NCBI GenBank assembly: GCA_963663275.1
Contig: OY760183.1
Location: 2,144,001-2,208,000 of the forward strand
Direction of reading: 5' to 3'
Length of the DNA stretch: 64,000 bases
From: Chloroflexota bacterium
GTDB lineage: Bacteria > Chloroflexota > UBA11872 > VXOZ01
The notes under the pieces: model-generated
The model's input: the letters and a program-made list of their open reading frames with translations, nothing else
The model's database searches: none
Told to the model about the DNA's origin: nothing
In this document: positions 40,419-49,574 of the stretch, piece after piece
Layout of the letters: each line of letters begins with the position of its first letter
How positions within the stretch are numbered: the stretch's first letter is position 1
Position numbers and translations under genes: made by a program

Positions 40419-41534
40419 TTACGCGGGGTCGTCGCCTTGGAGAACGTGTCCCGCGTCATCGCCGGTTCCGGCGATGAACGCTTCCAGCATTTCCCGCGCC
40501 CGCTCGTCGGCAATCTGTTGCGGCGGCGACTTCATCAGATACGCCGAGGCCGCCACCAGCGTGCCGCTCAGATTTCGGTCCAGCCCGATTTTGGCCAAGC
40601 GGACGGCATCCAGCACCACTCCCGCGGAATTCGGTGAATCCCATACTTCCAGCTTGAGTTCGGCGCGCAGCGGCACGTCGCCAAAGGACCGGCCGTTCAT
40701 ATAGATGTAGGCCCACTTGCGGTCTTGCAGGAACGGCACGTGGTCGCTGGGCCCGATGTAGACGTTATCCGCGCCGGGATCGTAATCCAACTGCGAGGTG
40801 ACCGCGTTCGTCTTGGATTCCTTCTTGGAATTGAGGCGCGAGCGTTCCAGCATGTTGAGGAAGTCGGTATTGCCCCCCACGTTGAGCTGGCTGGTTTCCT
40901 CCAGGCGCACGCCGCGCTCCCGGAAGAGCCGCGCCAGCGCGCGATGGACGATCGTGGCGCCCACCTGCGACTTGATGTCGTCGCCTACGATGGGCACGCC
41001 CGCTTCGTGAAAGCGCCGCTGCCAATACGGCTCGCGGCCGATGAAAACCGGAATGCAGTTGACGAAGGCGCAACCGGCCTGCAAGACCTGCTCCACGTAC
41101 CACTTCGTCGCCTCTTCGCTGCCGACCGGCAAGTAGCTGACGACCACGTCGGTGCCGGTCTCTTTCAGGATATTGACGATGTCGTCGGTAGCGCCGGGCG
41201 CTTTATTCACCACGCCGCTGAGATACTGGCCGATGCCGTCGTGGGTCATGCCTCGATGCACGGTCACGCCCAGCGGTTCCACCTCAGAGAACTTGATCGT
41301 GTTGTTCGGCGATTCCCACATCGCCTCGCTGAGGTCCTTGCCAACCTTGTTTTCGTCCACGTCGAACGCGGCTGAGAACTCCACGTCGCTGACGTGGTAA
41401 TCGCCCAGGCGCACGTGCATGAGACCCGGCACGAAATCCGAATCCGCCGCGTTCCGGTAATAGCTCACACCCTGAATTAGAGACGACGCGCAGTTGCCCA
41501 CGCCAACAATCGCCACCCGTACCGTACTACTCAC
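40419..41534 (-). CDS. ino1: myo-inositol-1-phosphate synthase
   Basis: [42 protein letters not shown]. Confidence 0.96.
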   Translation of the reverse strand: MSSTVRVAIVGVGNCASSLIQGVSYYRNAADSDFVPGLMHVRLGDYHVSDVEFSAAFDVDENKVGKDLSEAMWESPNNTIKFSEVEPLGVTVHRGMTHDGIGQYLSGVVNKAPGATDDIVNILKETGTDVVVSYLPVGSEEATKWYVEQVLQAGCAFVNCIPVFIGREPYWQRRFHEAGVPIVGDDIKSQVGATIVHRALARLFRERGVRLEETSQLNVGGNTDFLNMLERSRLNSKKESKTNAVTSQLDYDPGADNVYIGPSDHVPFLQDRKWAYIYMNGRSFGDVPLRAELKLEVWDSPNSAGVVLDAVRLAKIGLDRNLSGTLVAASAYLMKSPPQQIADERAREMLEAFIAGTGDDAGHVLQGDDPA

Positions 41535-41587
41535 CGATTCAACTCTCCCTAGCGCTGCTGCAATACTTCTCGCTAACCTGCCTTGCC

Positions 41588-41989
41588 CGTAGCGCGGGGG
41601 CTTGTCCCCCGCCGTCCTTCACTGTCTTGGGGGCTTGCGCCCCGCCTTCCCTCACCGTAGCGCGGGGGCTCTTCCCCCGCTGACCTTGACTGTCTTGGGG
41701 GCTTGCCCCCCGCTTCTCCTCACCGTAGCGCGGGGGCTCATCCCCAATGCTGTCGCATTAAACACAATGAGAGTGAAAACAACGCTCGTTTCTCCGGTAG
41801 CGCAGGTTTGTAACCTGCGTCTTCCGTAAGGTCAATCCATTCCGTTCTCATTTTTCTTGTTCCGGCGGGGGACAAGCCCCCGCGCTACGTTAATGCGACA
41901 GTATTGGGGCTCATCCCCCGCTGACCTTGACTGTTCCCGGGGCTTGCCCCCCGCTGTCCCTCACCGCTGCGCGGGGGCTTCTCTCCCGC
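41588..41989. repeat. Tandem array of 68-bp double-hairpin REP units, interrupted by a MITE
   Basis: Units start at 41588, 41656, 41724 and 41965 (= 41724+68+173). Confidence 0.85.
41745..41906. mobile_element. 162-bp MITE with IS4-like ends
   Basis: TIRs CAATGCTGTCGCATTAA / TTAATGCGACAGTATTG (16/17), 11-bp duplication GGGCTCATCCC. Confidence 0.82.
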
Positions 41990-42053
41990 GCCAACCGCCG
42001 CGCCTGCCCATGCCTTCAACGTCCATGCCGCGCGTGCGGTTTCCGCGCTCACC

Positions 42054-42392
42054 TTACGACGAACCCGCCGCCTGTTCCGCCAAGGCCGCCTCCTCTTCCT
42101 GTTCCACCGCCAGCAAGTCCTCCAGGCCTTGGGCGACCTGCCGGAAGCCGGCGCGATTGATCGTGTAATGCACTTGCCGCCCGTCTTTGGCCGCGTCCAC
42201 CAGGCCGGCGCGGCGCAAGATGCTCAGGTGCCACGAGAGCAACGGCTGGCTGATGCGCACGTGCTCCCGCAGTTCCGTCACCGTCATCGTCTCTTCAGCC
42301 GCCAGCACCCGCAGAATCTCCAAGCGGGAACGACTGGCCAACGCCCGCAACTGCCTGCTTAGCTCACGCACCGATCTCTCCTGCAAAGGCAT
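42054..42392 (-). CDS. ArsR/SmtB family transcriptional regulator
   Basis: LRALASRSRLEIL, SQPLLSWHLSILRRAGLV..GRQVHY; no Cys. Confidence 0.9.
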   Translation of the reverse strand: MPLQERSVRELSRQLRALASRSRLEILRVLAAEETMTVTELREHVRISQPLLSWHLSILRRAGLVDAAKDGRQVHYTINRAGFRQVAQGLEDLLAVEQEEEAALAEQAAGSS

Positions 42393-42430
42393 CGCTGCTC
42401 CTAACCAACCTGCCGCCTGACCAACAATAT

Positions 42431-42488
42431 ATCAAATATCGTTGAAGTGATTTTTCTTTATATTATCCTGTTCTGTAGCTTAAGTCAA
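42431..42488 (-). promoter_or_regulatory. Putative sigma70 promoter and ArsR-type operator
   Basis: Minus-strand TTGACT (42483-88), 17 bp, TAATAT (42460-65); ATCAA-N6-TTGAA near-palindrome at 42431-42446. Confidence 0.5.
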
Positions 42489-42500
42489 CAGATCCTGGCG

Positions 42501-42530
42501 TTGACGGTGGGCTGCCTGCGTTGATAGACT
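42501..42530 (+). promoter_or_regulatory. Putative sigma70 promoter of the island operon
   Basis: TTGACG, 18 bp, TAGACT with TG at the extended -10 position. Confidence 0.5.
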
Positions 42531-42594
42531 AGGATTGCACAGAATCTGGGATAGTTCAATCAGTCTGTTTGCCCAAGTGAGTAGAAGGTAGTCA

Positions 42595-43788
42595 TTGCGG
42601 AGAGCCATCTATCTGGACTATGCAGCAACTACGCCCGTCGATCCCCATGTAGCAAGAGCTATGATGAGGTTCTTGGGAACTGACGGGACGTTTGGCAATC
42701 CAGCATCACGTACACACCGCTTCGGTTGGCAAGCCGAGAAAGCGGTTGAAAACTCCCGGCAGGAAGTGGCGGAACTGATCAAAGCGGAACCGGATGAAAT
42801 CATTTGGACTTCGGGAGCCACGGAGTCGGACAACCTAGCAATCAAGGGCGTTGCCAATGCCTACGCCGACTGTGGCAAGCACATAGTCACTTCGGCAATT
42901 GAGCACAAGGCCGTGCTGGACTCATGTCGATACTTGGAAGGTCAAGGGTATGAGGTTACGTACATTGAGCCGAGTGCTGAGGGGATTGTTTGCCCTGAGG
43001 AAGTAGAGTCGGCCTTGCGTTCTGATACAATCTTGGTATCTTTGATGCACGTCAACAATGAGATTGGAACCATTACTGATGTCAAGGCCATTGCTGCGAT
43101 CACTCGCGAACGCAACATTCCTTTCCACGTTGACGCTGCACAGAGTGCCGCACGCCTGAAGTTAGATGTGCAGAGTATGCAGGCCGACCTCTTGTCTCTA
43201 AGTGGGCATAAGATGTACGGTCCCAAGGGAATCGGGGCGTTGTATGTTAGGCGAAATCCACGGATACGACTAGAGGCCCAGATGCATGGTGGGGGACACG
43301 AACTTGGCATGCGTTCAGGAACTCTACCCACTCACCAAATTGCAGGAATGGGCGAGGCTGCCCGTCTCATTGAAGAGCGACGTGAGTCTGACGGCGCCAA
43401 GATTGACTTTTTGTCGAAGCGCCTTCTGAGCCGCTTAGAGAAGATTGAGCAGTTATCAATCAATGGAAAGCGTACAAGTTGCGTGTCGGGCATCATAAAT
43501 GTGACCATTCCATCTGTCGAAAGTGAATCGCTAATCATGATGCTTAGAGGCAATATAGCCATATCTACTGGGTCTGCGTGTACTTCGGCAAGCGTGGAGC
43601 CCTCTCACGTCCTGAGAGCGCTTGGAATGGATGTAGAAGCCGCACACAGTTCTCTCCGGCTGAGTTTGGGTAGGTTTACGACTGCTGAAGAGATAGACTA
43701 TGCTACTGAACAGATCAGCGGCGCCGTAGACGAATTGCGCAGCATTTCTCCCAATTGGTTGGAGCATCGCAAGAGGATTGAAGCATGA
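42595..43788 (+). CDS. dndA: Cysteine desulfurase, DndA/IscS-like
   Basis: [44 protein letters not shown]; symbol based on context with dndC. Confidence 0.85.
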   Translation: MRRAIYLDYAATTPVDPHVARAMMRFLGTDGTFGNPASRTHRFGWQAEKAVENSRQEVAELIKAEPDEIIWTSGATESDNLAIKGVANAYADCGKHIVTSAIEHKAVLDSCRYLEGQGYEVTYIEPSAEGIVCPEEVESALRSDTILVSLMHVNNEIGTITDVKAIAAITRERNIPFHVDAAQSAARLKLDVQSMQADLLSLSGHKMYGPKGIGALYVRRNPRIRLEAQMHGGGHELGMRSGTLPTHQIAGMGEAARLIEERRESDGAKIDFLSKRLLSRLEKIEQLSINGKRTSCVSGIINVTIPSVESESLIMMLRGNIAISTGSACTSASVEPSHVLRALGMDVEAAHSSLRLSLGRFTTAEEIDYATEQISGAVDELRSISPNWLEHRKRIEA

Positions 43789-44951
43789 GTACTTCCTACG
43801 CGGACAGCTGCGGGCAAGCTACCCAAAGTATCGCCGCCCACCTCGCCTCCGTGTCTGAAGTAATGAAGGCTGAGTATCGCAAGAATCACTCCGATCCCTG
43901 GATTGTTGCCTATTCCGGGGGCAAAGATTCGACGTTGCTGATGCAGTTGGTTTGGGAGATGCTCTTGTCGCTTGATCCGGAAGAGCGCCGCCGCATGGTT
44001 TACGTCGTAGCTAACGACACGCTGGTCGAATCTCCCCTTGTCATTGAGCATTTGAAGCAGAGCATTGATGTCATTCGCCAAACGGCGGACGAGATGGGAT
44101 TGCCAATTACCACTCAGATTACCAAGCCCTATGTAGACCAGACATTTTGGGTCAATGTCATAGGACGCGGTTATATTCCACCGACACGCAACTTCCGTTG
44201 GTGTACAGACAGGATGAAAATCCAACCGACGAATCGCTTGATAGAGGAACTCGTCGCCCGACATAGACGCGCAATACTGCTTGTGGGTACGCGCCGCAGC
44301 GAATCTCAGAGCCGCCGCCGCAATATGCAGAAGCATCGCGTGAGAGCCGACAAGATGAATCCGCACAGTTCTATAAAGGGCTGCCGGATGTTCGCGCCGC
44401 TTGCGGACTTGCAGGACGATGATGTGTGGATGATTCTCATGCAGAGAAAGCCGCCGTGGGGCGGCTCGCATCGTAACCTGATAACGCTCTATCGCAATGC
44501 GGGTGGGGGCGAGTGCCCGCTGGTACTAACCAAAGAAGATGCCCCGTCATGCGGCACAACTTCACCACGGTTCGGCTGCTGGACGTGCACCGTCGTCACG
44601 AAGGACCGCAGTATGCGCGGGACGATTGATTCCGGACATGCCCAGCAGGTGAAGTTGGAGGCACTATTCAGTTTTCGTGAGTGGCTAATTGAACTCCGTG
44701 AGGACAACGATAACCGTTTGCCGGTACGCCGTGATGGACGTACCAAGACTCGTGTGGATGGCTCTCGTGTTTTTGGCCCATTTAAGCTTGAAGTACGCAA
44801 GCAAATCCTGATTAGGTTGCGTAAGATGGAGGAGCAAATCGAAGAGCGGCTTGTTTCGCAATCTGAGATCATGGTCATTGAGGACATTTGGTGGCGTGAT
44901 AAGATTCGCGAGCAGGGCCGTCTTTCCTTGCTTGAAAAGTTGAATGTGTAG
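43785..44951 (+). CDS. dndC: DNA phosphorothioation sulfurtransferase DndC-like (PAPS reductase fold)
   Basis: [51 protein letters not shown]...[17 protein letters not shown]. Confidence 0.9.
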   Translation: MSTSYADSCGQATQSIAAHLASVSEVMKAEYRKNHSDPWIVAYSGGKDSTLLMQLVWEMLLSLDPEERRRMVYVVANDTLVESPLVIEHLKQSIDVIRQTADEMGLPITTQITKPYVDQTFWVNVIGRGYIPPTRNFRWCTDRMKIQPTNRLIEELVARHRRAILLVGTRRSESQSRRRNMQKHRVRADKMNPHSSIKGCRMFAPLADLQDDDVWMILMQRKPPWGGSHRNLITLYRNAGGGECPLVLTKEDAPSCGTTSPRFGCWTCTVVTKDRSMRGTIDSGHAQQVKLEALFSFREWLIELREDNDNRLPVRRDGRTKTRVDGSRVFGPFKLEVRKQILIRLRKMEEQIEERLVSQSEIMVIEDIWWRDKIREQGRLSLLEKLNV

Positions 44952-44956
44952 ATTCT

Positions 44957-46744
44957 ATGGTGCTTAGCTACGATCCGACAACGGTTGTAGAAGCAAGGGC
45001 TTCTACCTTATCCTCACTACTCTATAAAGGTGAGTTCGAGGTTCCGTGGCATCAACGAAACTACGACTGGACGAAAGAGGATGTCGAAGAGTTCTTGCAG
45101 GACTTAGACGAGGCATTTAGAGAGGAAAGGTCATCCTATTTCCTGGGAGCTATCGTATTGGTCAAGAAGCTGGAAGGCAAGTGGGAAATAAACGATGGGC
45201 AGCAACGTATGGTGACCTTCTCGCTGGTTTGCGCTCGGCTCGTTCGTAAATTCGCAGATGGTGTCGATTCCCGGTGCGAAGCACTAGCACTACGCGTAAT
45301 TTTCAATTTGAGTGAGAATCACATACGTGAGCTCTCGGAAGCTGAAGATCTCAGACCACGAATAACCCCACCTCAGCACGACAAGATGAATTTTGATTCG
45401 CTAGTACGTGGGCAGAACATCGGCACAAATGGCAAGCTCAAGACTGCTTGGGACGAGATTGACAGACATTTCACAACCATGAGTGCTGATGAGGCAAAAG
45501 GTTTCTTGGAATTCATACTCACAAGGCTAGAAGTGGCCTGTCTATTTGTTCCAAGTGAAATCGACCCCAGTGCCGTATTTGAAACGCTGAATGCGCGCGG
45601 AAAGCCTTTAGATGACTTAGACCTGATAAGGAATCATCTCTATTCGTTCTTTAGCGGAGACTCCATGAAGACCAAAAGGGAGACTGCACACGAGAACCTG
45701 GAGAGATTTCGTGCCCAGCTTCGGAGGCAAGAGGAGCCGGCAGAGTACCTGCGTTGCTTCTTACAGTGCAGATTTGGTTACTTGAGGAAAGATCGCTTTT
45801 ACCGAGACGTCAAGAGCAGAATAAAGACCGCCTGCGGAGGATTGCTCTCGCCAGATTCACCCGAGTATGTTTTTGGCCTGATAAGCGAGTTTTCCGCACT
45901 AGACAAGGTCGAACTCTTCCGCTCCATTGTCTCACCTAGTGAGGATGCGGACTTAGTCAAGAGTTTCTTGCGATATTCAGGACAAGCTAATTCTCCTAGG
46001 AATCTATTTGCGTTCTTGAAGGAACTCAGGAGCTACAAGATTACAAGACCCATCGTATTCGGGCTACTTTACCACTATGTTCGAGAAGCGGATGGCAGAG
46101 AGAAAAGGCGAGTAGCAAAGCTCGCACACCAACAATTGGACCTGCTATCGTCCTTTGTAATGCGGACAGCCACGATCACGTCAAGATTTGTGCCTTCTCA
46201 ATTCGAGAGTGAGTTCTCGAACCTAGCAAGTACGATCATGCACGCTAATTCTCTTGATAACGTCAATATCGTGAATGCCTTACGCGCAAGAGATGATGCC
46301 GGCGTTTTTGAGGACTCAGTTTTTGTTGAGAGGATGGCACAAGTGCAAATTCGCAACAACACAAAAGCCAGACGAATTTTGCTAGCCCTAGCTTATTTTC
46401 ATCAATTTGACGACCTTGTCATGAATGAAGAGCGGTACACAGTGGAGCACATTTTGCCCGATTCAGACAAGCACCTAATCGGCTGGAAGAGATTCAATGA
46501 GCGAGCACATACGGAGTATGTTTCTCGCCTCGGAAACCTTACCTTGCTCAGCAACGTGGACAATCGCCCTGGAACAGCCGACAACCAAAGTTTCACTAGG
46601 AAAAGAGAGATATTTGAAAGTAGTGCAATTCGACTTTCCCGGGCGATTGCTGGATGCTCAGACTGGTCGCCCGAGGAAATCCAGAAACGGCAGTGTCGAT
46701 TAGCTAAGTTAGCCTCTCAAGTGTGGCGTTTACCTGATGTATAA
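44957..46744 (+). CDS. DUF262 + DUF1524/HNH protein (SspE/GmrSD-like nuclease)
   Basis: VPWHQRNYDW, YFLGAIV, DGQQR, FETLNARGKPL..DLIRN; C-terminal VEHILP..RLGNLTLL...N. Confidence 0.9.
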   Translation: MVLSYDPTTVVEARASTLSSLLYKGEFEVPWHQRNYDWTKEDVEEFLQDLDEAFREERSSYFLGAIVLVKKLEGKWEINDGQQRMVTFSLVCARLVRKFADGVDSRCEALALRVIFNLSENHIRELSEAEDLRPRITPPQHDKMNFDSLVRGQNIGTNGKLKTAWDEIDRHFTTMSADEAKGFLEFILTRLEVACLFVPSEIDPSAVFETLNARGKPLDDLDLIRNHLYSFFSGDSMKTKRETAHENLERFRAQLRRQEEPAEYLRCFLQCRFGYLRKDRFYRDVKSRIKTACGGLLSPDSPEYVFGLISEFSALDKVELFRSIVSPSEDADLVKSFLRYSGQANSPRNLFAFLKELRSYKITRPIVFGLLYHYVREADGREKRRVAKLAHQQLDLLSSFVMRTATITSRFVPSQFESEFSNLASTIMHANSLDNVNIVNALRARDDAGVFEDSVFVERMAQVQIRNNTKARRILLALAYFHQFDDLVMNEERYTVEHILPDSDKHLIGWKRFNERAHTEYVSRLGNLTLLSNVDNRPGTADNQSFTRKREIFESSAIRLSRAIAGCSDWSPEEIQKRQCRLAKLASQVWRLPDV

Positions 46745-47073
46745 TGGAGAAGCATACAAGATCATTATCGCCGTGGTCATATCCTACCCTTTCACGTGTT
46801 CCAGATGAGATTACCGGTGTCTATGCGTTCTGGTGCAGGGACAACGGAAAGTGTATCTATGTCGGCCAAGCGAAAGAGCGGTCGATTAGGGAGCGCCTAA
46901 GAGACCATTGGCACGGCTCGCACAATGAGATCTTGGGGTTGTGGATAAAAGTTTACGGTGAGACGCTGGACGTGTGCTACCTGTCTGTTGAGAGAGACAG
47001 GATCGACACACTTGAGAGACGCCTAATAAAGGTGTGGAAACCTGAAGCGAACAAGCAGCACAGCCAACGGTAA
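46744..47073 (+). CDS. Stand-alone GIY-YIG nuclease
   Basis: GVY..IYVG, IRERLRDH, E..LI...KP..N; TAATG overlap with upstream stop. Confidence 0.85.
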   Translation: MEKHTRSLSPWSYPTLSRVPDEITGVYAFWCRDNGKCIYVGQAKERSIRERLRDHWHGSHNEILGLWIKVYGETLDVCYLSVERDRIDTLERRLIKVWKPEANKQHSQR

Positions 47074-47084
47074 AGGAAGCAGCG

Positions 47085-48365
47085 ATGCCGACAACTCTAC
47101 CAGCCATGAAAGCCCGGTTGGGCAATACTGACTACTATATCCTTTCAATGAAAGCTCAGGAACTGTCTGACAGAGTCAAGATCCCGCGGGAATTGGAAGG
47201 TTGGGAAGACATGTCGGTCGAGGAGCGCTATCAGCGCGACCTCAACTATAGCCGTGTGAAAAATCAGATTGCCCCATACTTCGCTAACGACGAGTCACGG
47301 TTCTTCGGGGCAGTCATCGTCGCAGCGATGAACTTCGACGACCAAGATCAATTTGAGCCTCTCTCCGACATGCTGACGAGGGGAGTACCCAATTTGTACA
47401 AGACGGCAGCAACTTCGATAGGGTTTCTCACATTTAAGGGAGGAGAGGTCCTAGTTCCTCTTGACGGGCAACACCGCATCAAGGCGATTGAATTTGCGGT
47501 TAGTGGACTTGATGAACGAGGTCGTGAGATTACGAGCATAGAAACGCCTTGCACGGGACTCGCTCAGGAAGATGTCACTGTTATCCTTGTCCCCTACGAG
47601 TCTAGAAGTGCGCGTAGGATTTTCACACGAGTAAATCGTTACGCCAAGCCCACGACAACCGGACAGAACATCGTAACTGATGACGATGACATCATTGCGG
47701 TCATAACCCGTGAAATCTCCAACGACCTAATAGGTGCAAGGCTAGTTAAATTCAGCACCAACACTTTGAATAGAAGTGATCGGCACTTTACGACTCTTGC
47801 GATAATTTACAATTGCAACGCGGCAATTATCGCAGACAATTTCCCAAAGGGGAAAGTTGACAAGACCCGTTTGCCTAGCTCAGAGAATGTAATCCTCTTT
47901 CGCAAGAAGGTGTACGAGGTTTGGGAGCAGTTGCTTGAAAGTGTAGAAGTGTTTAAGGACGCTCTGGCTGATACCGAGAGCGGAAGCGATGAAAAGCGGC
48001 GCAATATTCGAGAGTCCAATTTGCTTGGCAAGCCGGTTGCTCAAGAGTGTCTGGTGCGCGCCTTTGTGCGCCTGGTAAGTCCGCCGACCAACCTCTCAAT
48101 GGATGATGCCTGCGACAACCTAAATCGCTTGCCTTGGGCAATCACAGAGGAGAACCTCCAGGTTTGGGACCGAGTGCTTTGGACCGGCGGTGTGGATGGA
48201 AGGATAATCACTAAGAACCGGAACCTAGCAACCAAGTTGATTTCCTATCTCGCAGGCGAAAAGCTTGGTGATGATGTGATATCAGAGTTGCTTCAAGACT
48301 ACCGAGCGCAATTCCCGGAAAGCGATCGGATTAACAAGCAACTGCCAGATGTGCCCAAAGTTTGA
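47085..48365 (+). CDS. DGQHR domain protein (DndB-like)
   Basis: YQRDLN.SR, RFFGAVIV, LDGQHR, IFTRVNRYAK..DDDD. Confidence 0.88.
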   Translation: MPTTLPAMKARLGNTDYYILSMKAQELSDRVKIPRELEGWEDMSVEERYQRDLNYSRVKNQIAPYFANDESRFFGAVIVAAMNFDDQDQFEPLSDMLTRGVPNLYKTAATSIGFLTFKGGEVLVPLDGQHRIKAIEFAVSGLDERGREITSIETPCTGLAQEDVTVILVPYESRSARRIFTRVNRYAKPTTTGQNIVTDDDDIIAVITREISNDLIGARLVKFSTNTLNRSDRHFTTLAIIYNCNAAIIADNFPKGKVDKTRLPSSENVILFRKKVYEVWEQLLESVEVFKDALADTESGSDEKRRNIRESNLLGKPVAQECLVRAFVRLVSPPTNLSMDDACDNLNRLPWAITEENLQVWDRVLWTGGVDGRIITKNRNLATKLISYLAGEKLGDDVISELLQDYRAQFPESDRINKQLPDVPKV

Positions 48366-48443
48366 GCCGCAAATAGCTAAAGATCTTTGACACTCAACTC
48401 AGTGTGTCTTCCTGCGCGTGGCACTTGCTAGCATAGTACCAAC

Positions 48444-49574
48444 ATGCGAGTGGCACTGGCGCACGATTACTTCTATGCCCTGGGAGGCGCGGAGCGGACC
48501 GTGGCGGTTATGCGCGGGCTGTGGCCGGCGGCGCCCGTGTACACAGCTTTCGTTGACTATGGGACGTTTCCGCGCCTGCGGGGCAGTGCGCTGGACGTGG
48601 CGGCGTGGGACGTGCGCGCGTCGTTCCTGCAGCGGGTTCCGCACCCGGCCCGCTACCAGAAGTATCTCACGCCGCTCTACCCGCTGGCGTTTCGCGGCAT
48701 CGACGTGGGAGCCTACGACGTGGTCGTTTCCTCGGCCAGTTTCGCGGCGAAGGGCATTCCACGCCATCCGTACACCCTGCACGTGTGCTACTGTTACACG
48801 CCGCCGCGCTTCCTGTGGGGCCTGACGCCGGCCACGGACCGCGGGCGCATGTCCTGGCCGCTGCGCGGGCTCGACGCGCTGTTGCGGCCGCCGCTGCGCC
48901 GGTGGGACCGCTGGGCCGCCGCCCAGCCGCACCATCTCGTGGCCATCTCCCAGACCGTGGCGGCGCGCATCCGCAGAGTCTATGGCAGAGAATCGACCGT
49001 TATCTATCCGCCCGTCGCCACGCGCCGCTTCCAGTCGCAGCCCTGCCGCGATGAGGGGTATTATGTATTCGTGGGGCGGCTGGAGGCGCACAAGCAGGTT
49101 GACGTGGCGATCGCGGCGGCGCAAGCCGCCGGCGTTCCCCTGCGTGTCATCGGCGACGGCCCGCTCCGCGAGAGCCTGGTACGCACAGTGCCTTCCAACG
49201 TGACTATCCTCGGCTGGCTGCCCGAGCAGGAGTTGAGCGCACAACTCGCCGGCTGCCGCGCGCTTCTCTTTCCCGGTGAAGAGGATTTCGGCATCGTCAT
49301 GGTCGAAGCCCTGAGCGCGGGCAAGCCGGTGATCGCTTACGGCGCCGGCGGCGCGACCGAGATCGTGCAGCCGGAGGTGAACGGCGTGCTGGTGCCCGAG
49401 CAGTCGGCAGACGCTTTCGCTCAGGTACTGCGGTCATTCGACCCCAACCGTTTCTCACCGGCGACGTGCCGGGAGACGGCAACGCGCTTCGATGAATCAG
49501 TCTTTGCCGGTCAATTCAAGGCGTTCGTGGAAGAAAAGTGGACGACATTCGTGCAGACAAGACCGACCGGCTAG
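48444..49574 (+). CDS. GT4 glycosyltransferase
   Basis: VALAHDY...GGAER, HVCYCYTPPR, VIYPPV, EDFGIVMVEA. Confidence 0.9.
   Translation: MRVALAHDYFYALGGAERTVAVMRGLWPAAPVYTAFVDYGTFPRLRGSALDVAAWDVRASFLQRVPHPARYQKYLTPLYPLAFRGIDVGAYDVVVSSASFAAKGIPRHPYTLHVCYCYTPPRFLWGLTPATDRGRMSWPLRGLDALLRPPLRRWDRWAAAQPHHLVAISQTVAARIRRVYGRESTVIYPPVATRRFQSQPCRDEGYYVFVGRLEAHKQVDVAIAAAQAAGVPLRVIGDGPLRESLVRTVPSNVTILGWLPEQELSAQLAGCRALLFPGEEDFGIVMVEALSAGKPVIAYGAGGATEIVQPEVNGVLVPEQSADAFAQVLRSFDPNRFSPATCRETATRFDESVFAGQFKAFVEEKWTTFVQTRPTG

Noticed and set aside
41588-41989. Possible CRISPR array
   Set aside because: The intervening segments are themselves repeated rather than unique spacers, units are REP-like hairpins, and no cas genes are present
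42595-43788. Housekeeping iscS of an Fe-S or tRNA thiolation locus
   Set aside because: No iscU, iscR or mnmA neighbours; low GC and stop/start overlap with dndC favour a DndA role
43785-44951. CysH sulfate-assimilation PAPS reductase
   Set aside because: DndC-type motifs ([27 protein letters not shown]) and no cys genes nearby
48366-48440. att-like repeat matching 42476-42495 (TAGCT.AAG)
   Set aside because: Match too short and degenerate to support
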